Part shown: positions 52,597 to 63,820 of the stretch, piece after piece | Layout of the letters: each line of letters begins with the position of its first letter | How positions within the stretch are numbered: the stretch's first letter is position 1 | DNA from: Eledone cirrhosa | Lineage: Eukaryota | Length of the DNA: 64,000 nucleotides | Reading direction: 5' to 3' | NCBI GenBank assembly: GCA_964016885.1 | Contig: OZ024742.1 | Location: forward strand, 211,048,001 to 211,112,000 | Notes under the pieces: model-generated | Seen by the model: the letters and a program-made list of their open reading frames with translations, nothing else | Databases searched by the model: none | Told to the model about the DNA's origin: nothing | Made by a program: the position numbers and the translations under genes

Positions 52597-53068
52597 CATA
52601 TATATACATATATATACATATATATATACATATATATACATATATATACATATATATATACATTTATATAGGGAATAACGACGGCCTATGCCTCCATTAA
52701 TTTATCGTGATACATTTATATATACATTTATATATACGTATATATACATATATATATACATATATATCATCATCATCATCATCATCACCGTTTTACGTCC
52801 GTTCTTCCACGCTAGCATGGGTTAGACGGGTTGTCCTGTTGTGGGCAGTGTCTGGTCGGCTGACCATGCCTTGCTCATACAGGAACTGATCTGGCTTGAT
52901 TTCTACAGCTGGATGCCCTTCCTAACACCAACCTCATTTACAGTGAGTGCTGGGTGCTTTTTCGTGGCGCCTACACGTCCACTTTACAGTGTGGGCTGGG
53001 TGCTTTTTTGCCGTGGCACCTCCACGACCACCTTGCGGTGGGGGGGGGGGGCATATTGTTTATATGCT

Positions 53069-56000
53069 TCAGCATGTACCCATGGGAGGTCGGGTACCCT
53101 GTATTACTGCGTGACGCCAGAAGTCACGGTCGTGTGTCATTGACTTTGAGAGGTGTAGTTGGGTAAGGTCGGCTTTTATCACCTCATCCCAAGTCATCTT
53201 GGATCTCCCCACTCCGCGGTTTCCATCAACTTCTAGTGCTCTGCACCTTTTTATGCAGCTGTCATCCTTCATACGCATCACATGTCCATACCAGCGTAAC
53301 CGCCTCTCCTGCACGCAGCATTTGATTCCTCTTATGCTCAGTCTCTCTCTCAATTCATTTATGCTTTGTCGTTCACGTATATTACTGTTACACATCCATC
53401 GGAGCATGCAGGCTTCGTTTCTCTCTAATCTACGTAAGTCTTCCACCTTCAGCGCCCAGGTCTCACTACCATGCAACATCGCTGTTCGGATACACGCATC
53501 ATACAGTCTGCCTTTCATTCTGAGGGAGAAGCCTTTTGCAGCTAGCAGTGGTAGTAGTTCCCTAAACTTCTTCCATCCCGTTCTTACCCTAGTTATTGTA
53601 CTTTCTGAGCACCCACCTCCGTTGCTAATTCGGTCACCTAGGTAGCAGAAGCTGTCTACTGTTTCTACAGGGCCCTCCCAGAGATTGGTGGTACTTGTTT
53701 CCTGTGGCTGTTTGCTTGCTGTTTCAGCACAGCTGCTGCATGTGAATCCTACATTCTTAATTAAGCTTCCTGAGATCCCGCTACATCTCTTGTGTACCCA
53801 TTGTTTGCATTTGGGGCAAAGAATGGAGTTCCTACCTACACCTTTCCTACATACTGAGCAAGGCCATTTCCCTGAGGGGATCTGGGTTCTGTTTTCTCGT
53901 CTACTTATAAGGACCTTAGTCTTTGTCATGTTGACTTTGAGGCCCTTTCTCTCTAGTCCCTGCTTCCAGGTTTGGAATTTATTCTCTAGTTCTACCATAG
54001 ATTCAGCTATGAGTGCGAGGTCATCAGCATACAGGAGTTCCCATGGGCATCCGGTCTTAAACTCCTCCGTTATTGCCTGCAGGACTATGATGAACAGGAG
54101 AGGGCTAAGAACAGAGCCCTGGTGGACCCCAACCTGTACGCTAAATTCCTCGCTATACTCATTGCCAATCCTAACTTTGCTGACTGCTCCCCTATACATG
54201 GCTTGTACCGCTTTCACAAGCCATTCATCTACTCCTAGTTTTCTAAGAGCCCACCAGATTACAGCACGTGGAACTCTGTCAAAGGCTTTCTCAAGGTCGA
54301 CAAATGCCAAGTAGAGTGGCTTACTTTTAGCTAGGTACTTTTCCTGTAATTGCCTCACAAGGAAGAGCGCATCAGTGGTGCCTTTCCCTGGTACAAACCC
54401 AAATTGCATCTCGTCTATATTCACCCGGTCCCTAATCAGCTGTGCTATAACTCTTTCTGTTACTTTCATGACCTGGTCCATCAACTTTATACCTCTATAG
54501 TTTCCTCTATCTAGTGCATCGCCTTTACCTTTGTAGCAGTTGACAATGATGCTACTGCACCAATCTTTTGGTATGGCCCCCTCTAGTATTACCTGGTTAA
54601 CGATACGTGTGGTTATAGTGTGACCTACAGACCCAGATGCCTTCAGCATCTCGGCAGCTATACCCGATGGGCCGGTTGCCTTCCCTATCTTCATATCTCT
54701 GATTGCCTTACTTACTACGCTGCCGCTGACTTGTACTGCTGGTCCCTCTATAGGGTCTACGTGGGGTAGGGTCTCTTCTTCCCATGCATTCTCCTCATTT
54801 AGTAATCTATCATAATGACTCTTCCATGCATCTTTCTTCTCAGCACTTGTGAGGGCAAGCTCACCTTTATCATTCCGGATACACTTCTCTCCAATGACAT
54901 CACAACTATCTCTGACACACTGCCTCGCAATCTTGAATACCTCCTGTTTCTGGTCCTCACGTTGTAAAACATGCTTGAATTTTCTATCCTCTGCTTCCCT
55001 CCTAGCTAAGTATACTTGTCGCCTAGCTTCCCTCTTGGTCTCTATGTAATGTACCCTGCTCCCCCCGTTCTTCCATTCTTTCCATGCCTGTCTCTTGGCC
55101 TTGACTGCTTCATCTACCTTATTGTTCCACCACCAAGTCACTCTCCTCCTGCTTGAGGTCTTACTCCAGCCACAAACCTCATCCGTCGCCTCTAGTAAGT
55201 TATTTTTTAGGAACTCCCAGTTCTCTTCTACGTTAAATGTCTCTATCTGTTCTTCTTTACTGTCGTAGGCGTTGAGTAAAATATCTTTAAATCTGTTACT
55301 GGTTGAGGGGACTTTCAGCTTCCAGATCTTTCTTCTCCAGGTTGGCCTCTGTTTCAGGGCTCGTCTAGTTCTGACCGTGAGGTCGCTGACAACTAAGCTA
55401 TGTTGGGATGTACATTCCTCACTAGGGAAGGCTTTTGTGTTTACGACCGTCCATCTGTCACGTCCTCTGATGAGGATAAAATCTAACTGACTAGAGTGCT
55501 CCCCTGATCTATAGGTGATCAGGTGGTTGTCGGGTTTTTTAAAGTTTGTGTTACATATCGACATGTCATTGGCGTCGCAGAATTCTAGAAGTCTGAATCC
55601 TTCCTCATTCCTTGTGCCAACTCCATGGCCTCCATGTACTCTATTGAAGCCGTCGCAGTGTTTACCTACGTGTCCGTTAAAATCTCCTGCAATGATTAGG
55701 AAGTCCTTGTCGTCTGTTAGAGCAGTAGTGTGTATTAGGGACTCGTAAAACCTATCCTTAAGTTCGTCTGGCAGCCCCGATTGGGGTGCGTAAGCTGATA
55801 TTATTGTGGTAATTGTCTTATTCAGGACTAGTCTGAGTTTAATGATTCTTGCATTTACCCTGTACACTGAGATTACTTTATCTACCCACTTGTCAGCTAA
55901 TAGTATACCTACACCACCCATCCCATCGTCATTTCCCACCCAGAAAAATTTGTAGCACTGGCTTTTTCCTACAAGGACTCTAGCAGACCCTCCTCTCCAT

Positions 56001-56188
56001 CTAGTCTCTTGCACACAGCATACATCAACTTCCTTTCGCTCTAGCATTTCTACGATTTCTCCTGCTCTTCCTTTCATTGAGCCTACATTGATGGTACCAA
56101 CTCGGAGTTTTGGGCATTTGTCGACACTCGTAGGGGGGGGTCTCTGGGTTGGCGCTTCACGTGGGTGCTTGGTAGCTCGCAGATTCAT
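53069..56188 (-). CDS. RTE ORF: APE endonuclease + reverse transcriptase with inserted PHD-type finger, 1039 aa, intact
   Basis: GTINV, VQETRW, SAYAPQ, AGDFNGH, SQLDFIL, SQH (APE); NYRGIKL, QFGF, FVDLEKAFD, GVHQGSVLSPLLF, YADD, FCYLG, RLRWYGHV, GR.K.TW (RT). Confidence 0.97.
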   Translation of the reverse strand: MNLRATKHPREAPTQRPPPTSVDKCPKLRVGTINVGSMKGRAGEIVEMLERKEVDVCCVQETRWRGGSARVLVGKSQCYKFFWVGNDDGMGGVGILLADKWVDKVISVYRVNARIIKLRLVLNKTITTIISAYAPQSGLPDELKDRFYESLIHTTALTDDKDFLIIAGDFNGHVGKHCDGFNRVHGGHGVGTRNEEGFRLLEFCDANDMSICNTNFKKPDNHLITYRSGEHSSQLDFILIRGRDRWTVVNTKAFPSEECTSQHSLVVSDLTVRTRRALKQRPTWRRKIWKLKVPSTSNRFKDILLNAYDSKEEQIETFNVEENWEFLKNNLLEATDEVCGWSKTSSRRRVTWWWNNKVDEAVKAKRQAWKEWKNGGSRVHYIETKREARRQVYLARREAEDRKFKHVLQREDQKQEVFKIARQCVRDSCDVIGEKCIRNDKGELALTSAEKKDAWKSHYDRLLNEENAWEEETLPHVDPIEGPAVQVSGSVVSKAIRDMKIGKATGPSGIAAEMLKASGSVGHTITTRIVNQVILEGAIPKDWCSSIIVNCYKGKGDALDRGNYRGIKLMDQVMKVTERVIAQLIRDRVNIDEMQFGFVPGKGTTDALFLVRQLQEKYLAKSKPLYLAFVDLEKAFDRVPRAVIWWALRKLGVDEWLVKAVQAMYRGAVSKVRIGNEYSEEFSVQVGVHQGSVLSPLLFIIVLQAITEEFKTGCPWELLYADDLALIAESMVELENKFQTWKQGLERKGLKVNMTKTKVLISRRENRTQIPSGKWPCSVCRKGVGRNSILCPKCKQWVHKRCSGISGSLIKNVGFTCSSCAETASKQPQETSTTNLWEGPVETVDSFCYLGDRISNGGGCSESTITRVRTGWKKFRELLPLLAAKGFSLRMKGRLYDACIRTAMLHGSETWALKVEDLRRLERNEACMLRWMCNSNIRERQSINELRERLSIRGIKCCVQERRLRWYGHVMRMKDDSCIKRCRALEVDGNRGVGRSKMTWDEVIKADLTQLHLSKSMTHDRDFWRHAVIQGTRPPMGTC

Positions 56189-56428
56189 ATTTCATCTATT
56201 GATTCAGAGTTGCTCGTGTATTCCCAGCTCATCCATCCATAACGGTGGGAAAATTGAGGGCTAGAAGGACAGTGGTGGTGGGGTAATGGCAGGGTGTGTT
56301 GGGATGCGCCAGAGGAGGAGAGAGTTAGTTAGGCAGGTAGTAGCAGCAGCAGCAGTGGAAATGGCATGCTAGGTTTGATTGGTCGAATAGACTATGGTGG
56401 TGTGGGGGGGGGGGGGGGAATTATGAGG

Positions 56429-59400
56429 TAGGAACTGAGGGTCGCATGGTAAATATCCAAGTTAATACTACATCAGTAAAATTAACAATAATAACGTCAT
56501 GAAAAAAGCTACTAAGAGAAACCCTCGAAAATTTATCGCTAATACAGCAGGGAAAATTTAACGCTAATACAGCAGGGAACATCATAATATTAACGACAAT
56601 ATGTAGGCTAAAATACCTTCGTAGATTAGATGGATGGCTGGCTGGGAAAATTGGAATCAGCTCTAGTGGTACATTTTAGCAGAGAAGAATGGGAAAGTGT
56701 CTTATCTCTTCAATATTTTCAGATTGAATGAATTAGGTTAAAGACAGGGTAGTAAGCCTTAAAGAAGTGCATAGAGAGGGGGGGTAGGAACTGAGGGCCG
56801 CATGGTAAATAACTGAGAGAGATACAATAGGATTAGAATACCGCATGGTAAATATCCAAGTTAATAAGTTAATACTACATCAGTAAAATTAACAATAATA
56901 ACGTCATGAAAAAAGCTACTAAGAGAAACCCTCGAAAATTTATCGCTAATACAGCAGGGAAAATTTAACGCTAATACAGCAGGGAACATCATAATATTAA
57001 CGACAATATGTAGGCTAAAATACCTTCGTAGATTAGATGGATGGCTGGCTGGGAAAATTGGAATCAGCTCTAGTGGTACATTTTAGCAGAGAAGAATGGG
57101 AAAGTGTCTTATCTCTTCAATATTTTCAGATTGAATGAATTAGGTTAAAGACAGGGTAGTAAGCCTTAAAGAAGTGCATAGAGAGGGGGGGGGTAGGAAC
57201 TGAGGGCCGCATGGTAAATAACTGAGAGAGATACAATAGGATTAGAATACCGCATGGTAAATATCCAAGTTAATAAGTTAATACTACATCAGTAAAATTA
57301 ACAATAATAACGTCATGAAAAAAGCTACTAAGAGAAACCCTCGAAAATTTATCGCTAATACAGCAGGGAAAATTTAACGCTAATACAGCAGGGAACATCA
57401 TAATATTAACGACAATATGTAGGCTAAAATACCTTCGTAGATTAGATGGATGGCTGGCTGGGAAAATTGGAATCAGCTCTAGTGGTACATTTTAGCAGAG
57501 AAGAATGGGAAAGTGTCTTATCTCTTCAATATTTTCAGATTGAATGAATTAGGTTAAAGACAGGGTAGTAAGCCTTAAAGAAGTGCATAGAGAGGGGGGG
57601 GGGTAGGAACTGAGGGCTGCATGGTAAATAACTGAGAGAGATACAATAGGATTAGAATACCGCATGGTAAATATCCAAGTTAATAAGTTAATACTACATC
57701 AGTAAAATTAACAATAATAACGTCATGAAAAAAGCTACTAAGAGAAACCCTCGAAAATTTATCGCTAATACAGCAGGGAAAATTTAACGCTAATACAGCA
57801 GGGAACATCATAATATTAACGACAATATGTAGGCTAAAATACCTTCGTAGATTAGATGGATGGCTGGCTGGGAAAATTGGAATCAGCTCTAGTGGTACAT
57901 TTTAGCAGAGAAGAATGGGAAAGTGTCTTATCTCTTCAATATTTTCAGATTGAATGAATTAGGTTAAAGACAGGGTAGTAAGCCTTAAAGAAGTGCATAG
58001 AGAGGGGGGGGGTAGGAACTGAGGGCCGCATGGTAAATAACTGAGAGAGATACAATAGAATTAGAATACCGCATGGTAAATATCCAAGTTAATAAGTTAA
58101 TACTACATCAGTAAAATTAACAATAATAACGTCATGAAAAAAGCTACTAAGAGAAACCCTCGAAAATTTATCGCTAATACAGCAGGGAAAATTTAACGCT
58201 AATACAGCAGGGAACATCATAATATTAACGACAATATGTAGGCTAAAATACCTTCGTAGATTAGATGGATGGCTGGCTGGGAAAATTGGAATCAGCTCTA
58301 GTGGTACATTTTAGCAGAGAAGAATGGGAAAGTGTCTTATCTCTTCAATATTTTCAGATTGAATGAATTAGGTTAAAGACAGGGTAGTAAGCCTTAAAGA
58401 AGTGCATAGAGAGGGGGGGGGTAGGAACTGAGGGCCGCATGGTAAATAACTGAGAGAGATACAATAGGATTAGAATACCGCATGGTAAATATCCAAGTTA
58501 ATAAGTTAATACTACATCAGTAAAATTAACAATAATAACGTCATGAAAAAAGCTACTAAGAGAAACCCTCGAAAATTTATCGCTAATACAGCAGGGAAAA
58601 TTTAACGCTAATACAGCAGGGAACATCATAATATTAACGACAATATGTAGGCTAAAATACCTTCGTAGATTAGATGGATGGCTGGCTGGGATAATTGGAA
58701 TCAGCTCTAGTGGTACATTTTAGCAGAGAAGAATGGGAAAGTGTCTTACTCTTCAATATTTTCAGATTGAATGAATTAGGTTAAAGACAGGGTAGTAAGC
58801 CTTAAAGAAGTGCATAGAGAGGGGGGGGTAGGAACTGAGGGCCGCATGGTAAATAACTGAGAGAGATACAATAGGATTAGAATACCGCATGGTAAATATC
58901 CAAGTTAATAAGTTAATACTACATCAGTAAAATTAACAATAATAACGTCATGAAAAAAGCTACTAAGAGAAACCCTCGAAAATTTATCGCTAATACAGCA
59001 GGGAAAATTTAACGCTAATACAGCAGGGAACATCATAATATTAACGACAATATGTAGGCTAAAATACCTTCGTAGATTAGATGGATGGCTGGCTGGGAAA
59101 ATTGGAATCAGCTCTAGTGGTACATTTTAGCAGAGAAGAATGGGAAAGTGTCTTATCTCTTCAATATTTTCAGATTGAATGAATTAGGTTAAAGACAGGG
59201 TAGTAAGCCTTAAAGAAGTGCATAGAGAGGGGGGGGGTAGGAACTGAGGGCCGCATGGTAAATAACTGAGAGAGATACAATAGGATTAGAATACCGCATG
59301 GTAAATATCCAAGTTAATAAGTTAATACTACATCAGTAAAATTAACAATAATAACGTCATGAAAAAAGCTACTAAGAGAAACCCTCGAAAATTTATCGCT

Positions 59401-59987
59401 AATACAGCAGGGAAAATTTAACGCTAATACAGCAGGGAACATCATAATATTAACGACAATATGTAGGCTAAAATACCTTCGTAGATTAGATGGATGGCTG
59501 GCTGGGAAAATTGGAATCAGCTCTAGTGGTACATTTTAGCAGAGAAGAATGGGAAAGTGTCTTATCTCTTCAATATTTTCAGATTGAATGAATTAGGTTA
59601 AAGACAGGGTAGTAAGCCTTAAAGAAGTGCATAGAGAGGGGGGGGGGGGGGTAGGAACTGAGGGCCGCATGGTAAATAACTGAGAGAGATACAATAGGAT
59701 TAGAATACCGCATGGTAAATATCCAAGTTAATAAGTTAATACTACATCAGTAAAATTAACAATAATAACGTCATGAAAAAAGCTACTAAGAGAAACCCTC
59801 GAAAATTTATCGCTAATACAGCAGGGAAAATTTAACGCTAATACAGCAGGGAACATCATAATATTAACGACAATATGTAGGCTAAAATACCTTCGTAGAT
59901 TAGATGGATGGCTGGCTGGGAAAATTGGAATCAGCTCTAGTGGTACATTTTAGCAGAGAAGAATGGGAAAGTGTCTTATCTCTTCAA
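56429..59987. repeat. Tandem array of ~409-bp monomers (one 356-bp unit, seven full units, one 336-bp partial)
   Basis: taggaactgaggg starts at 56429, 56785, 57194, 57604, 58013, 58422, 58829, 59238 and 59652; units differ mostly in poly-G length. Confidence 0.97.
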
Positions 59988-60118
59988 ATATATATACATA
60001 TATATATACACATATATATACATATATATATACATATATATACATATATATATATACATATATATACATATATATATACATATATATATGTATATACATA
60101 TATATTTATATATACACA

Positions 60119-60154
<36 letters not shown>

Positions 60155-60322
60155 CATATATATTTATATATACACATATATATACATATATATATACATA
60201 TATATACATATATATATACATATACATATATATACATATATATATACATATATATATGTATATACATATATATTTATATATACATATATATTTATATATA
60301 CATATATATATACATATATATG

Positions 60323-61716
60323 TAGGAGGTGAGTTTTATTGTAGTACAATAAAGCAATGCAGATATCGGATAAGAAGCACTCTACAGTTTGTAGGACTGG
60401 AGTATACATAATATATAAGAACAAAAGATGGTTAAAAGAGTTCCATGTATTTTATTATGCGCATTTCAAAAACAAATATCATCATGCAATAATATTTGTG
60501 TTTTCATCAGATAAAACAGGAAGACATGATATGAAGGTTAAAAAACACTTGTTGATAGTTCAGTTTTAAATCAACATATGAGAAGTAGTTTTAGATTGAT
60601 GTGTGATATTGGGAAAAATATTTTATTTAGAGGGGGGGGGGGATGAAAGAAAGAGGAGGAGATGAGAGTAAAAAGTGGAGAGGGAGGAGTATAATGAGGA
60701 AGGATGAGATAGGAGGAGAGATGGGTGATAGAGAGAGAGATAGCTTTTATAACTGAGAAAGATATATTGTTTTACATAGCGAGGTTGAAAACCGTTGGAA
60801 GATAATGTATAAATTAAAAGAATTTGAAAATTAACGAAGAGAAAAATAATGTAAAGTTAAGGGTTGTATATTGAGGGGTTTGATAATATGTGCGAAGAAA
60901 AAGAAAATGTTAATATGTATTGAGAATAATGAGTTAGATGAAAGGGAGAAAAGAATAATGAATTGAGGATGAATAATCTAACGTCAAAAAATGTATATGT
61001 TTACGAAGGATTTTTACAATGTGATATAGAGTAAGAATGTATTGTATTATGTAATAATTGATTCTATGTTAGGCAAGAGTGAGAAAAGGTACAGATTAGG
61101 GGTTAGACATTAGAAGAAGAAGAGAAGAAAGAGAAGTGATAAATAGGGGCGATGTAGAAGGAGTAAACAAGTATTATAGAATGTATAATAACCTTTGAAA
61201 TAAGGTAGAAAGATGGGTATATTTTTAAAAGAAGTGTATATATATATATGTGCCTTTGAGAAAAAGATTCTAAATTGATAAAGAATTGAATATTAGCTGT
61301 ATACTTTGTGAAATGTTTTATGGAATTTATGCAAGCAGATAGAAAACAAGTCAGTGCGTCTATTTATTATAGAATCTAGATTAGAAATAATGGTACATTT
61401 TTCATTTAGACAGAGATTGCAAATTTTGGATAGAGAACTGTTCAAGTATGGAGACGCAGAAGAAACCTTCTTCCAAAAGATGCTATATTTAATATTTTTG
61501 TCTTTCAAGGACCATATGAGTTCTGAGAGAGCCGTGTTGGTTCTTTTAAGTTTGTATTTAAAAGACGAATGATGGTTATAAAGACGAGCTTTAAAAGAGG
61601 TGGAAGTGGAGCCAAAATAGGTGAAGGAATTGGTGTCAGTTATAACTTTACATTCGTAAATTAAGTTTTTATCAAGACAATGGTTGTTGAGAGGACATTT
61701 ATTTTTAATAGGGCAA
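60323..61716 (-). mobile_element. Penelope-like 3' remnant (GIY-YIG + long 3' UTR)
   Basis: KCPLNNHCLDKNLIYECKV..TYFGST..FKARLYNH..TALSELIWSLKDK..CNLCLNEK; hammerhead in the 3' UTR. Confidence 0.85.
60450..60516 (-). ncRNA. Type I hammerhead motif with palindromic stem III
   Basis: UUUUAU-CUGAUGA-(ACAAAUAU/AUAUUUGU stem II)-GAA-AUGCGCAU-A-AUAAAA. Confidence 0.75.
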
Positions 61717-61879
61717 TTGGGTGATGGCTAAAAACATTTTAGCCATCACCCAACACCATCCTTGCTGTCACTAACATACAATCTCAAAACAAGCCCCCTG
61801 CAACAGTCAAAACCAGCCACCACACTAGCGTCCACATTTTTACACAATACACAGAAATGCACAGAAATGGAAGATCCAA

Positions 61880-62373
61880 TTCATTGAGGATTGGGTTGGT
61901 AACCATCCATTTCACAACCCCTTCTTCATTCTTACTGAGAGCCACCTTGACAACTCCCACTTGGAGGCCAAAGTAAGAGTGAGGAATTTCACAACCATCC
62001 GTGCGGATCGTGTTGGCAGAAGGAAGGGTGGAACTGCCATTTTCCTGCATGATTCCTTTACGGCAGATGGTAACACAACATTCTCCAATGGCTACTGTGA
62101 ATCAGTCATTGTGCACAATAAAGCCAATGACCTGACATTAGTTTGGCTCTGTAGGCCACCACAAACACCCAAAATCTGCTTCAAAGAATGCCTCATCATT
62201 TCATCATCATTTCATTTTACGTCCGCTTTTTCCCTGCTTGCAAGGGTGGGACGGGAACTGATTCTGGCTTGATTTCTACAGCTCTAACCACTAAGCCATG
62301 TGCCTCAACAGTATTAAATGCTTTATTAAACAGTGCCATCCTAGCAACATACTTTTGATGGGAGACTTTAATC
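61880..62373 (+). mobile_element. CR1-group LINE APE endonuclease fragment
   Basis: LTESHL..NFTTIRADRVGRRKGGTAIF..LCRPP..ILLMGDFN; cut by an LTR at 62374. Confidence 0.75.
62193..62306 (-). mobile_element. Internally deleted SINE (tRNA head start fused to RTE-type tail)
   Basis: Minus strand aggcacatggcttagtggttagagc followed directly by tgtagaaatcaagccagaatcagttccc and an RTE terminal hairpin plus GAT tail. Confidence 0.6.
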
Positions 62374-62810
62374 TGTAACAGGAGATAGTTATAACAGGTG
62401 ATAAGGGTGCTGTGTGTAGTAACAAAGTTGTTAGAGGAAATAATGTAATTGTTATAACATCGACAAGAAGAATGTTCGTGAGATAAAAAGTATGTTTATT
62501 TGTTGAGACACAAAGTAATGTTTTGTTAAATTGTATGGTTATAGTTCAACGTAAAAAAGATTACAAAAGGAATGTGTCGTTGTGCCAGGCCCGAGGCAGG
62601 CCGGCAGGCCAAAGTGCAAAATCTCACCATTACATGTTGTTACTTCGAAGTTCAGGATGCGAGAGAGAGTTATGCCTTGATTGTCCTCAATTATATAGTC
62701 CCCAGGGGCACGCAACTCCATTTAGTACATGAATCTGCCACTGGGAGTCACGACCATCACAAAGGGACGCAACTCCTATATGTGCTGAGTTACAGCCATA
62801 ATGGGCCGCA
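62374..62810 (-). repeat. LTR copy 1
   Basis: Diverged direct repeat of 62812-63293; starts TGTAAC on the plus strand. Confidence 0.8.
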
Positions 62811-62811
62811 G

Positions 62812-63293
62812 TGTAACAGGAGGTAATTATAACAGGTGATAAGGGTGCTGTGTGTAGTAACAAAGTTGTTAGAGGAAATAATGTAATTGTTATAACATTG
62901 ACAAGAAGAATGTTCGTGAGATAAAAAGTATGTTTATTTGTTGAGGCACAAAGTAATGTTTTGTTAAATTGTATGGTTGTAGTTCAACGTAAAAAAGATT
63001 ACAAAAGGAATGTGCCATTGTGCCAGGCCCGAGGCAGGCCAGCAGGCCAAAGTGCAAAATCTCACCGTTACATGTTGTTCCTTTGAAGTTCAGGATGCGA
63101 GAGAGAGTTATGGCTTGATTGTACTCAAATATATAGTCCCCAGGGGGACGCAACTCCATGAATCTGCCACTGGGAGTCGCGACCGTCACAAAGGGACACA
63201 ACTCTTATACGTATCTGCCATTGGGGGTCGCGACCGTCGCAAAGGGACGCAACTCCTATACGTGCTGAGTTACAGCCGTAAGGGGCTGCTACA
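62812..63293 (-). repeat. 3' LTR of Gypsy element (copy 2)
   Basis: TGTAGC...GTTACA on the minus strand, preceded by polypurine tract ggaggaggg; AATAAA present on the minus strand. Confidence 0.85.
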
Positions 63294-63820
63294 GTACCCT
63301 CCTCCAGACGCTAGGCGAAAAGCCCGAAGGTAACTGTAGCGAACCCACAAGCATGGGCTCCTAGCACAGGCATGAAATGGTAACGAAAAGGTACATGGTA
63401 ATACAATAAAGAGAAAAACCCAAAAAAAAAGGCTCCAGTGGCCAGTTCACATGAAAACAGTTTGGCAGAGTTTTTTGGGCCAGTGGACACTTCGACCGGA
63501 AAGGGTCGTGGTCTTGTATGTAGGTGAAGGTGGGGAAGAAGGAGCAGGTGTATGCACAAGAGAGAAAGATTGGGGTATTTGTGGCTCGGGTGTATGAGCG
63601 TCATTGTATGCCCTTTTTAGTCTATCCACCGAAATTGTCTCTTGGACCTCTTAATGTCTACTGTGAAATGTTTGTCAGTATGTGCTAACACACGGTAGGG
63701 TCCAGAGTACGGCTGTGTGAGGGGTGGAGTAACCGCATCGTTTCTGACGAATACATGTGTCCATGAGGCAATATCTCTCGGGACTGCAGCTTTAATAGTT
63801 TGTTTCCTAGTATTCATACG
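63294..63820 (-). mobile_element. Gypsy LTR retrotransposon integrase C-terminus remnant
   Basis: THVFVRNDAVTPPLTQPYSGPYRVL (GPY/F domain), SVDRLKRAY, TTTLSGRSVHWP. Confidence 0.85.

Larger units (their letters stand above)
52768..59987 (-). mobile_element. Full-length RTE-clade LINE (family 1) including 5' tandem monomer array
   Basis: Intact ORF, 3' UTR with terminal hairpin and (GAT)n tail, 5' region continuous with the repeat array; both ends abut TA/CA microsatellite. Confidence 0.88.

Noticed and set aside
53199-55748. Plus-strand ORFs of 66-209 aa repeated in each RTE copy
   Set aside because: Antisense shadows of the RTE ORF; their recurrence only reflects copy identity.
56429-59987. 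CRISPR-like or rDNA-like interpretation of the tandem array
   Set aside because: Units are whole-length near-identical with no unique spacers and no rRNA similarity; the context is eukaryotic.
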